Positions 50,373-58,576 of a stretch of 64,000 nucleotides of DNA are shown piece by piece. Source of the stretch: a virus. The first letter of the stretch is position 1; each line of letters begins with the position of its first letter. The notes below the pieces were generated by a model. That model saw nothing but the letters and a program-made list of their open reading frames with translations. It was not told the origin of the DNA and made no database searches. The stretch is taken from IMG/VR virus record IMGVR_UViG_3300028115_001726, positions 1 to 64,000 of that record, one strand, 5' to 3'. Both the position numbers and the translations under genes were made by a program.

Positions 50373-51054
50373 TGATAATACCCCATTCACGTTCTTTACA
50401 CCAAAAACATTCATTACAGTATGGAACTCTTTGATAGGGTTTGTATGTTGTATAGTCTAGCCCTTCAAATTCGCCTTCACAACTACGTGTTATTTCCAAT
50501 AGTTCGCCAATTTCATTATCAACATATTGCTTGATTATCCAATTTTTGCGTACTACACTAAATGGATGACAAACTGTTACACCCATATGTTCTGTTTCAA
50601 TAGGTAGTCTAGCATATTCTCTATCCTCAGGAGCACCTTCAAACTTTTCATCTGGATTTAGGGTAACAGCAGCATACCATGCGTCAAGTTTGTGTAAATG
50701 TGCTATGTATTCATTGTGAGCTCGTAGTATAATTCTGTTTCCGGGCTTGTTTTGCCCATACTCGTCTGTAATATGTGTTGTGTGTGGCTCTTCCATCTCT
50801 GGCGGTATAAAGCCTTCTATGTGTTCGATACGATTGTTAAACTTTTCACGGAACCAACTTACCACATCTCTAGCAATCCAACGTTGCCAAGGGCGTGTTT
50901 TCCACATACGCACCTGTGTGGTAAAGTAGATATCAGCATTTGTGTTACTCAACACAAAGTAAGCCAGCAAAGCACTGTCAGCACCGCCACTTAGACTAAT
51001 GCCAATACGTTTCCATTCTTTTTGTAGTGGTATTGTTACGCCATCGATTACCAT
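50359..51054 (-). CDS. QueC-like PP-loop ATP pyrophosphatase
   Basis: IGISLSGGADSALL (PP-loop) and C-terminal TRSCE...CNECFWCKER, like the Zn-binding Cys set of QueC. Not necessarily a true QueC. Confidence 0.7.
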   Translation of the reverse strand: MVIDGVTIPLQKEWKRIGISLSGGADSALLAYFVLSNTNADIYFTTQVRMWKTRPWQRWIARDVVSWFREKFNNRIEHIEGFIPPEMEEPHTTHITDEYGQNKPGNRIILRAHNEYIAHLHKLDAWYAAVTLNPDEKFEGAPEDREYARLPIETEHMGVTVCHPFSVVRKNWIIKQYVDNEIGELLEITRSCEGEFEGLDYTTYKPYQRVPYCNECFWCKEREWGIINASK

Positions 51055-51059
51055 AATAT

Positions 51060-51087
51060 ATTATAACACAGTTTAGTAATGTGTCAA
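51060..51087 (-). promoter_or_regulatory. Sigma70-type promoter TTGACA-N16-TATAAT with extended -10
   Basis: Minus strand: TTGACA (51087-51082), TGt-TATAAT (51065-51060). ATG follows 5 nt later, so probably leaderless. Confidence 0.7.
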
Positions 51088-51879
51088 GTGTCCTATTCCT
51101 ATGCGTTCTTTGAATTCTTGTGTGAATTTACAATCAATACGCAATCCATATTCTTGTTCCATACTATGCTCACCGCCATGCCAGTCTTGGTCGTTGAAAA
51201 AACAAGCATGAGAATTTACATAATGCTTGCGTTTGTGCTCTGGATCCCAAATATAAAAGCCACGCTTGGTGTTTGGACGTATATGAATAAACTCAATATT
51301 GTGATCAGTATAGTCTTTTACTTCTGGATCTAAATCTCTATGCTCAAAGGGCCTACTACTTGCTTCACTTACAAAAAACATGACTCTACCTACGTGTTCT
51401 ACAATTGATTGTTCCTTTAGTTGTGCTATCCAATCCATAACGCCTGGAAAGTAGGCACTTTCGTCTGTTGCGGCTCTTTGTTCCAAACCTCTGTCTTTCA
51501 TATTGGTGCCTTCTTCTTGTAAAACATAGTAAGTGTATGGATCGTGTGCGCCCATAGCACTTTTTAAATATCTTACAAATTGATTACGTTCTATATAGTT
51601 GGTAAAATCTTTAGGAAATATTTTATCACCTTCAATACGTATCGGATTATTTGGTTCTAATGCTTGATATTCTTCATAGGCTTTGTATACTGGCTTCCAG
51701 TTGCCTATATAGCTCATGTCTTTTAAATCAAATCCTGCTGGCATCCATGTGCCTTCTTTGGCAAATAGTCGTGCTTGAGCCATACCTCTACATATTTCCG
51801 CATTTAATTTTTTAAAACCGTCTATATCTAAAAAAGGATCTAGGTCAATGTAAGGTAAGTTTTCGAAACCTCGTATCAT
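51073..51879 (-). CDS. Putative 2OG-Fe(II) oxygenase
   Basis: GRVMFF...FEHRD (HxD)...FFNDQDWHGG...GLRID, a jelly-roll oxygenase pattern. Confidence 0.55.
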   Translation of the reverse strand: MIRGFENLPYIDLDPFLDIDGFKKLNAEICRGMAQARLFAKEGTWMPAGFDLKDMSYIGNWKPVYKAYEEYQALEPNNPIRIEGDKIFPKDFTNYIERNQFVRYLKSAMGAHDPYTYYVLQEEGTNMKDRGLEQRAATDESAYFPGVMDWIAQLKEQSIVEHVGRVMFFVSEASSRPFEHRDLDPEVKDYTDHNIEFIHIRPNTKRGFYIWDPEHKRKHYVNSHACFFNDQDWHGGEHSMEQEYGLRIDCKFTQEFKERIGIGHLTHY

Positions 51880-51884
51880 ACAAC

Positions 51885-51901
51885 TACTTATATATTAAAT
51901 A
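51885..51901. promoter_or_regulatory. Divergent TAAGTA / TAAATA boxes next to start codons
   Basis: Minus TATAAGTA-N5-ATG(51879). Plus TAAATA-cagt-ATG(51906). The gap is only 26 bp with no SD. Confidence 0.55.
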
Positions 51902-51905
51902 CAGT

Positions 51906-52562
51906 ATGATTAGTAACACTGAATACAAAATTAGTCTTGAAGAAGTACAACAAGCATTTGAGTTGTGTAAAACAATGGAAGGTAAAACAGTTTTAAATAA
52001 ACCTACTGGAGATTTCTTTTATGATTCTTGGGAAATACTGCCTGAGTATAAAGATACTATATTTGAAAAACTATTATTACCTTTAAAAAATACCGGTGAA
52101 GCAAGAATTGTTAAACAAGAGTCTGGTACGTGCTATTTTGCCCATAGTGATATTGATAATAGATATCATTTAAACATATCAGGCGACAATGCAGCTCTTA
52201 TTGATTTACACAATAATCATATGTATCCATTAGAAGCAGATGGCAAATACTATTTAATGGATGCTGGTCGCAATCATAGTGCTGCTAATTTTGGACAATA
52301 CCCAAGATATCAATTAGTTGTACGTTGTTTGTTAAAACGTAGCGATTGGGTAACAGATCCAGTTGAAATTGTAGCCGGAGGAGAAAATCCACGTTTTGTT
52401 TTTGACAAATACATTTCACCATTGTTAAATGAAATTAATTTACGCCAAGCAATGAATAATTTTGAAATTACTTCAACAGGTGTCAAATTTTTAACAAATT
52501 CTTTTTGGATTAATCATTTAGTTGATGTTATGCCAGATAAATTTTCTTTGCTTTATCAATAA
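51906..52562 (+). CDS. 2OG-Fe(II) oxygenase, Asp/Asn beta-hydroxylase-like, with extra C-terminal domain
   Basis: ARIVKQESGTCYFAHSD (HxD)..RYHLNI...MDAG..HSAANFG..PRYQLVV. Confidence 0.7.
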   Translation: MISNTEYKISLEEVQQAFELCKTMEGKTVLNKPTGDFFYDSWEILPEYKDTIFEKLLLPLKNTGEARIVKQESGTCYFAHSDIDNRYHLNISGDNAALIDLHNNHMYPLEADGKYYLMDAGRNHSAANFGQYPRYQLVVRCLLKRSDWVTDPVEIVAGGENPRFVFDKYISPLLNEINLRQAMNNFEITSTGVKFLTNSFWINHLVDVMPDKFSLLYQ

Positions 52563-53196
52563 AATCACTAGGATAATCTCCGCTAAAATTATCTAAAACT
52601 ACGCCTCCATAAAACTTAAACGAAAATGTTTTACTTGGATCTATTCCGTTAGAATTTAAATATTCAAAAAGTTTTGCTTGTCTATCTTTGCTAATATGAT
52701 CAAGTACACTTTCTATACTAACTTCTTGTTCTTCATCGCTGTAGCAGAAAAAATGATTAACAGTTCTTAACTGTCCGTCTATAATAAAAAAACTACTCGG
52801 ATGTAAACTGTATTTCCAAATGCCTTTATTTCTATAGTCTTGTAATATAGTAAGCATTTGTTCTTGCCAGTCTGGCAATACTTTGGCAAAGTTACGGTAG
52901 TCGCAATCCGCAAGTTGCCAAAAATCATCATCTTCTATATTAAAAATAATTCTACGTTTTACACTATCTAGTTCTTTAACATCAAGTGTATGTGGTGCTT
53001 CTAATGTATACTTGAATTCTCTACGCCATTTTTCGTTTAGAACACTTTGAGGCAAACATTCGTTTTTGTGATAGGTTTGGTCTACTGTGTAATGAACACT
53101 AAACAGATTATTTTGTCTGTCTATCTTGCTTGTATATACAAGATTATTTCTACACAGGCCTTTGCCTGGCACTGTGTTGTAATAATATTCAAACAT
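52528..53196 (-). CDS. Protein-kinase-like fold protein, probably catalytically degenerate
   Basis: GKG...VY, W.RE (alphaC-like), and GIWKYSLHPSSFFIIDGQLRTVNHF aligning by eye with GI.H.DL.P.N.L..DG.LK.IDF. Confidence 0.4.
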   Translation of the reverse strand: MFEYYYNTVPGKGLCRNNLVYTSKIDRQNNLFSVHYTVDQTYHKNECLPQSVLNEKWRREFKYTLEAPHTLDVKELDSVKRRIIFNIEDDDFWQLADCDYRNFAKVLPDWQEQMLTILQDYRNKGIWKYSLHPSSFFIIDGQLRTVNHFFCYSDEEQEVSIESVLDHISKDRQAKLFEYLNSNGIDPSKTFSFKFYGGVVLDNFSGDYPSDFIDKAKKIYLA

Positions 53197-54998
53197 TAGC
53201 TGTAAAGCGGGATAAATTTAGTTTCGCCGTTAACAGTTGCTTGTAACCAACTATCAGGCGTACTAGTGTTGCTTGGTGTTACCCCTGTTTCTCCATGAAC
53301 TTTAAATTCTTTTAATTCGGTTGAAAGCTGACCGTTTGCGTCAAACTTCATATAATTTGTTCCATATGTCGGCGATTGGGTAACAAACCAAAGTTCTCCC
53401 GGGCATCCTCTATGCTCTCCGGCATTTAAATCAAATTCAGCATCATCTGGAATGTATCCATACATACCAGCAACAGCAACCATTTTTTCTTCATCGTCAG
53501 GATCTTCTGTGCTATCTTCAAAATTTTCATTAATTTTAATAGCACCTACCCATGCTACTGCTGGTAGTTTTGTTCCTGCTGAAATTGGGTTTGGATCCAG
53601 CCATGATCCGCCAATTGCTTCTAATCTGATACCTTGTTGAAACCAATCAGGAATATTGTTTGGTTGTTGTTCTCTAAAAAATCTTCCTGTAAATGCTGGA
53701 TTACTATACGCAGATTGGACATTTACTAATACACCATCTTGGTCTACAACTACAGCATCTAAGTCAATAGCAGTTGCTACTACGTTATCACTATACAAAG
53801 TTTTTGTTGAAATAACATTTTGTAAAGGATCAAAAACTTCTAAGTTGTTATTATCATAGATATAGCCATTAAAAGATGTATTAGATATGTGTCCTAATGT
53901 ACTATCGTACATCATTAATCCATCAGAATCGTAAATATTACCTCTAAGCGATCCAGCAAGATTACCGCTAATATTGTTTGTTACAATACTCTCCATAGTT
54001 AATGTTCTTGTGTTAATATTTAAAACTATATCATCGTCTACATCTATAATATTACCTTTGAGTGTGGCAGTGATAGGAAAGCTGAATACTCCTGTTGAGG
54101 AATTAAATATATCACTTCCGTCTGTATTTTGAATATGTCCAACTAAATTTCCATGTAGATTAGTTGAATGCAAAATATTATCATATTTGTTGTATATAGA
54201 AACACCGTCAGCGTTTTCTATATTACCAACTAATGTACCATAAAACTTTCTTTCTGAGTTAGATAAAATAACTTCACCGTCGTTACTAACAATATTGCCA
54301 ACAAGTTTTCCAGTGAGAGTTTGTGTTTCATGATCTAACACAACTTGTCCTGCTGGATTAGTAATATCTCCATTTAGTTTTCCAAAGAACATTTTTTCTG
54401 AATGTTCAATTAGAGTTGATCCGTCACTTGCTAAAATATTTCCTTTAAAGTATCCTTGAAATAATCCGCTATCTCTTGAATAACGGGTATTACCATCGTT
54501 ATCTAACAAATCGGCAAGCACAGTTCTATCATCTGTATCAACTATTGTTAAGCCACCAGTGCTGTTCAAGTTACCAGTTGATTCAAAAGTTACTGCTCCG
54601 TTTCCAGTGCTATCAAAAACTACTTCATTGTTTTCGTTGCGTAATGTACCAACAAATCTTCCTGTAAATGTATTAGTGGATTTATCATAGGCTTTTACAG
54701 TATCATTATAATATAAATCTGAATGAAGAGGAATGTAAACTCCTGATGTATCAATTAATCTGTTATCGTATTGGTCTACAAATTCGCCTTGTAAATTACC
54801 TGAAACTTTGCCAGTCAAGTTACCTGTGACATCTCCTGTAACATTGCCAACCAAAGTTCTTGTTTCACTATCTAGTAAAACAGTGTTGTCAGAACCGATA
54901 ACGTTTGCTCTCAAGACTCCTTGCTGACTATCTATAATAATAGAACTGTCGGATCCTACAATATCAATTCTGTATTGACCGCCTTCGTATAATTCCAT
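53196..54998 (-). CDS. Repeat-rich fibre-like protein, 600 aa
   Basis: GNVTGDVTGNLTG repeats plus ~24-aa F/L-x-G-x-L/F-x-G-N/D-I...DG..I repeats. C-terminal TPDSWLQATVNGETKFIPLY resembles fibre tips. AGGAG SD and upstream TAAATA. Confidence 0.6.
   Translation of the reverse strand: MELYEGGQYRIDIVGSDSSIIIDSQQGVLRANVIGSDNTVLLDSETRTLVGNVTGDVTGNLTGKVSGNLQGEFVDQYDNRLIDTSGVYIPLHSDLYYNDTVKAYDKSTNTFTGRFVGTLRNENNEVVFDSTGNGAVTFESTGNLNSTGGLTIVDTDDRTVLADLLDNDGNTRYSRDSGLFQGYFKGNILASDGSTLIEHSEKMFFGKLNGDITNPAGQVVLDHETQTLTGKLVGNIVSNDGEVILSNSERKFYGTLVGNIENADGVSIYNKYDNILHSTNLHGNLVGHIQNTDGSDIFNSSTGVFSFPITATLKGNIIDVDDDIVLNINTRTLTMESIVTNNISGNLAGSLRGNIYDSDGLMMYDSTLGHISNTSFNGYIYDNNNLEVFDPLQNVISTKTLYSDNVVATAIDLDAVVVDQDGVLVNVQSAYSNPAFTGRFFREQQPNNIPDWFQQGIRLEAIGGSWLDPNPISAGTKLPAVAWVGAIKINENFEDSTEDPDDEEKMVAVAGMYGYIPDDAEFDLNAGEHRGCPGELWFVTQSPTYGTNYMKFDANGQLSTELKEFKVHGETGVTPSNTSTPDSWLQATVNGETKFIPLYS
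54180..54461 (-). repeat. Four tandem ~24-aa protein repeats
   Basis: FQGYFKGNILASDGSTLIEHSEKM / FFGKLNGDITNPAGQVVLDHETQT / LTGKLVGNIVSNDGEVILSNSERK / FYGTLVGNIENADGVSIYNKYDN. Confidence 0.75.
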
Positions 54999-55015
54999 AC
55001 TAATCTCCTATACTA

Positions 55016-55021
55016 TATTTA
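55016..55021 (-). promoter_or_regulatory. T4-late-like TAAATA box for the fibre-like gene
   Basis: GATAAATA followed by AGGAG SD and ATG at 54998. Confidence 0.5.
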
Positions 55022-55036
55022 TCGGTCAGATAGCGA

Positions 55037-55065
55037 TTGACAGATATTTTTTGATGCTATATAAT
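55037..55065 (+). promoter_or_regulatory. Perfect sigma70 consensus promoter TTGACA-N17-TATAAT
   Basis: TTGACA 55037-55042, TATAAT 55060-55065. The ATG at 55072 sits at the expected +1. Confidence 0.8.
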
Positions 55066-55071
55066 AGTAAC

Positions 55072-56394
55072 ATGTACGATATCATTTTTGTTGGCGACAA
55101 TATTGAGCAATACAACAAACTTAAAAACAAGTTTTTAATCGTAAAAAAAGCAAAAGACGTAAACGAAGCAAAAAAAATTGCGTTTACAAAATTCTTTTGG
55201 GTAGTTCATGATGACTTAGACATAAGTGACAATTTTAATTTTGATTATGTTCCTGATGAATGGAGTCAAGACATTGTACATGTATTTCTAAATAGTACTT
55301 ATTATGATGGTATTGCCTTAATACCAAAATCTATAAATGTAAATCCAAAAGAATTATCTCATAGGTTTTTTGTTGCTCATAAAAAAGTTGAAGTAGTAGC
55401 CAGTACACCATTGCCGTATAAAAAATATAATGTCAAAACATACGATGATTATATATTTGCTTTAGAAAACACTAATACAGATATGTTCTGGATAATACCT
55501 GATTATGTAAATCCAACTGATAGATTTAAGTTTGATACCTATTTTAGTCATCATAATGCTTATGATAGAAATATTAATCATGTGTATTTAAATGGCAAAT
55601 ATCACGATGGTATTGTGTTGTGTAGTAAACATTCTCGTTTTAGTAAAAAAGAATTTGAATATAAATTTATATCCCATAAAAAAGAAGTCGATATACCTAT
55701 TAGTACACCCAAACCTTATGATATAGTTTTTATTAGTTATAAAGAACCAAACGCAGACAAAAATTATCAACGTTTACTCAAAAGATTTCCAAACGCAAAA
55801 CGTGTACATGGTGTTAAAGGAATACACCAAGCACATATTGAAGGTGCTAAACAATGTTCTTCTGAAATGTTTTGGATTGTTGATGGTGACGCTATTGTAC
55901 TTGATGATTTTAAGTTTAACTATCAATGTGCGCAATGGGATAAAGATGTTGTACACGTATGGCGAAGTATGAATCCTATAAACGATTTGATCTATGGATA
56001 CGGTGGTGTAAAACTATTTCCAACTCAAAAAACAATTGATATGGATTTAAGCAAGCCTGATATGACAACTAGTATAAGTAGTAAATTTAAAGCTGTAGGT
56101 GAATTAAGTGTTATCACAGGATTTAATACAGGAGAATTTGAAACATGGAAAAGTGCTTTTAGAGAATGTTGTAAACTTAGTAGTAAAATAATTGACAGAC
56201 AAAGAGACGACGAAACACAAGAACGTCTAAATATATGGACTACTGTTGGCGCAGAACGTAAATACGGCAACTATTCTATTATAGGAGCTAAAGCTGGTAA
56301 AGAATATGGCGAAAAACATGCTGGAGATATTGAAGCACTTAGAAAAATCAATGACTTTGATTGGTTAGAGGAGAAATTTAATGAAACCACCTAG
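55072..56394 (+). CDS. GT2-like glycosyltransferase with internally triplicated domain
   Basis: C-terminal YDIVFISYKEPNA...AKRVHGVKG...FWIVDGD...YGYGGVK...WKSAFREC (paralog of 24276), preceded by two degenerate copies (FWVVHDD, FWIIPD). Start at MYDIIF (55072), the promoter +1. Confidence 0.65.
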   Translation: MYDIIFVGDNIEQYNKLKNKFLIVKKAKDVNEAKKIAFTKFFWVVHDDLDISDNFNFDYVPDEWSQDIVHVFLNSTYYDGIALIPKSINVNPKELSHRFFVAHKKVEVVASTPLPYKKYNVKTYDDYIFALENTNTDMFWIIPDYVNPTDRFKFDTYFSHHNAYDRNINHVYLNGKYHDGIVLCSKHSRFSKKEFEYKFISHKKEVDIPISTPKPYDIVFISYKEPNADKNYQRLLKRFPNAKRVHGVKGIHQAHIEGAKQCSSEMFWIVDGDAIVLDDFKFNYQCAQWDKDVVHVWRSMNPINDLIYGYGGVKLFPTQKTIDMDLSKPDMTTSISSKFKAVGELSVITGFNTGEFETWKSAFRECCKLSSKIIDRQRDDETQERLNIWTTVGAERKYGNYSIIGAKAGKEYGEKHAGDIEALRKINDFDWLEEKFNETT

Positions 56395-57280
56395 TTGGTT
56401 ATACGGTTTACAAGATTATTTTGATTTTGAAGACGACTTTGTAGCAAAATTATTTGTAGATCAACTTATTAGTGTATATTTTAGTGATAACAAAGCTAAT
56501 AGTGTAAAAAACCTTTGTTTAGCAGATTCTGGCGATCCTAATGAAAAATTACCTAGGTTTAATTTTTATTTCAAATTGTTGGATGAAAACCCAATTGACT
56601 TTGTAGAAACTGTTAGTATCATGCGCAAAAGACTTACAGATGTTCCACTGCTCGATTACTTTCATAAATATGGACGCAGAGGTTATAACCAAAAGTTTTT
56701 AGAAGATGCCTTTAGCAGAGGACAAGTTAGCAGTAAAATTTGGTTAGCAAAAGAACTGAAGAAAATATCTAACAAATACGATAATATTTTGCTTTGTGCT
56801 GGATGGATGGGGCAAGCTACTTTGTATTTTGATGCTTGTGGCATTGAATATGATAACATTAGAAATATAGATCTTGACGTAGATGCTTGTGATATTAGCG
56901 ATCATATTTTTAACATGGATAAGATTGAAGGGTGGCGTATGGTCGCAAGCAACAGTGATATTAATGATCTAGTACACTACAATGATCATTGTGTTGTGCC
57001 TTTGGTTACAGGCGACGGTAGAAATATTGACACAAGATTTGAGCCTGACTTAATTGTAAACACTAGTTCAGAACACATGGACGAAAGTTGGTTTTACAAT
57101 ATCAAGATAGATGCTATAGTTGCTATTCAAAGCAATAACTTATTAGATGTTAAAGAACATGTTAACTGTGTCACAAGTATAGATGCCATGAAAAAGAAAT
57201 TTAAATTATCTGAAATTTTATACGAAGGCGAAATACAACTACCAGGATATAAAAGATTTATGTTGATTGGACGCAAGTAA
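56381..57280 (+). CDS. Class I SAM-dependent methyltransferase-like protein with N-terminal extension
   Basis: DAFSRGQ..SKIWL, LLCAGWMG, IRNIDLD, DLIVNTSSEH, AIQSNN, RFMLIGRK. Paralog of 39453. Confidence 0.6.
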   Translation: MKPPSWLYGLQDYFDFEDDFVAKLFVDQLISVYFSDNKANSVKNLCLADSGDPNEKLPRFNFYFKLLDENPIDFVETVSIMRKRLTDVPLLDYFHKYGRRGYNQKFLEDAFSRGQVSSKIWLAKELKKISNKYDNILLCAGWMGQATLYFDACGIEYDNIRNIDLDVDACDISDHIFNMDKIEGWRMVASNSDINDLVHYNDHCVVPLVTGDGRNIDTRFEPDLIVNTSSEHMDESWFYNIKIDAIVAIQSNNLLDVKEHVNCVTSIDAMKKKFKLSEILYEGEIQLPGYKRFMLIGRK

Positions 57281-57504
57281 TGGATTTGTCAACTTTAAGT
57301 ACTAGAGAATTACAACTAGAAAGTGCTAGAGCATTAAGCACGATAGAAGCAACTAATAATAATATTTGGCAGTTTAATAAAGCAGCACATCATAATAGTT
57401 GGAACTGGTATTGTGCTGTAATACATTGGTATATCGATCAATATGGTGATTTGCCTAGTAAAGCAGGCCCCGGTAAGGATGTAAAGTTAGTATACGATGT
57501 ATAA
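57280..57504 (+). CDS. Small hypothetical protein, 74 aa
   Basis: TAATG overlap with the upstream stop and overlap with the downstream rSAM start; Trp/Tyr/His-rich. Confidence 0.65.
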   Translation: MDLSTLSTRELQLESARALSTIEATNNNIWQFNKAAHHNSWNWYCAVIHWYIDQYGDLPSKAGPGKDVKLVYDV

Positions 57505-58576
57505 GTATGAAGATGTACGTGTTATTCATTTAGAAAACACACAGAACTGTCAAGCAAGTTGTCCTATGTGTGATAGGAACCAAAACGGTGGAGATATAAA
57601 TCCGCATATTGATTTAAGTGAACTAACCTTAGAAGATTGTAAGCGCATCTTTGAGCCAGAGTTTATTGCTCAACTAAAAACAATGTACATGTGCGGCAAT
57701 TTAGGAGATCCTATTGTTGCTAAAGATACGCTAGAAATTTTTAAATATTTTAGAGAACACAACAAAGATATGTGGCTCAGCATGAATACAAACGCAGGAG
57801 CAAGAGATGAAGCATGGTGGGCTGAATTGGCCAAAATCTACGGCAGGATGGGTACTGTTATTTTTAGCGTGGATGGTCTTAGGGATACTAATCACTTATA
57901 CAGGCAGGGTGTTGTTTGGGACAACGTAGAAAGAGCTATGAAAAGTTTTATTGCTGCTGGAGGTAGAGCAAGATGGGACTTTCTAATATTTGAACACAAT
58001 CAACATCAAGTTGAAGAAGCAGAAGAAATAAGCAAACTAATGGGCTTTGAAAGATTTCAAGCAAAAAAGACTGGAAGATTTGTAACAGCAAAAAGCGAAA
58101 ATAAAGAATCACACCAAGCAGTCAATCGCAAAGGCGAAAAAACAACAGAACTTAAAAAGCCAGAAAAAAAGTATCAAAATAAAGCATTAAGCAAACAAGA
58201 TGTGCTTATACAAAAATACGGATCGATGGATGCTTACTATGATGTAGTTCCAGTCAATTGTAAAGTAAAAGAGGAAGGTAGTTTGTTTATTACAGCAGAA
58301 GGGCTTGCTATGCCATGTTGTTGGACTGCTGGACGTATGTACAAATGGTGGCATAAAAATCCTATGGTAGAACAAGTATGGGATTTTATTGAACGTTCTG
58401 GCGGCAAAGACGCAATTAGTGCTAAAAAACATGGACTCAAAGCAGTTTTTGATACAGGACTATTTGACGAAATTGAAGATAGTTGGAATCAACCTAGCTG
58501 TGGAAACGGAAAACTAAAAGTTTGTTCAATGAAATGCGGCAAAGAATTTGATCCTTTTGGAGAACAATTTAAGTGA
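57497..58576 (+). CDS. Radical SAM enzyme (class C, #14)
   Basis: CQASCPMC, MCGNLGDP, FSVDGL.DTN..YR, FIAAGG.A.W; C-terminal C...PCC...CSMKCG. Confidence 0.9.
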   Translation: MYKYEDVRVIHLENTQNCQASCPMCDRNQNGGDINPHIDLSELTLEDCKRIFEPEFIAQLKTMYMCGNLGDPIVAKDTLEIFKYFREHNKDMWLSMNTNAGARDEAWWAELAKIYGRMGTVIFSVDGLRDTNHLYRQGVVWDNVERAMKSFIAAGGRARWDFLIFEHNQHQVEEAEEISKLMGFERFQAKKTGRFVTAKSENKESHQAVNRKGEKTTELKKPEKKYQNKALSKQDVLIQKYGSMDAYYDVVPVNCKVKEEGSLFITAEGLAMPCCWTAGRMYKWWHKNPMVEQVWDFIERSGGKDAISAKKHGLKAVFDTGLFDEIEDSWNQPSCGNGKLKVCSMKCGKEFDPFGEQFK

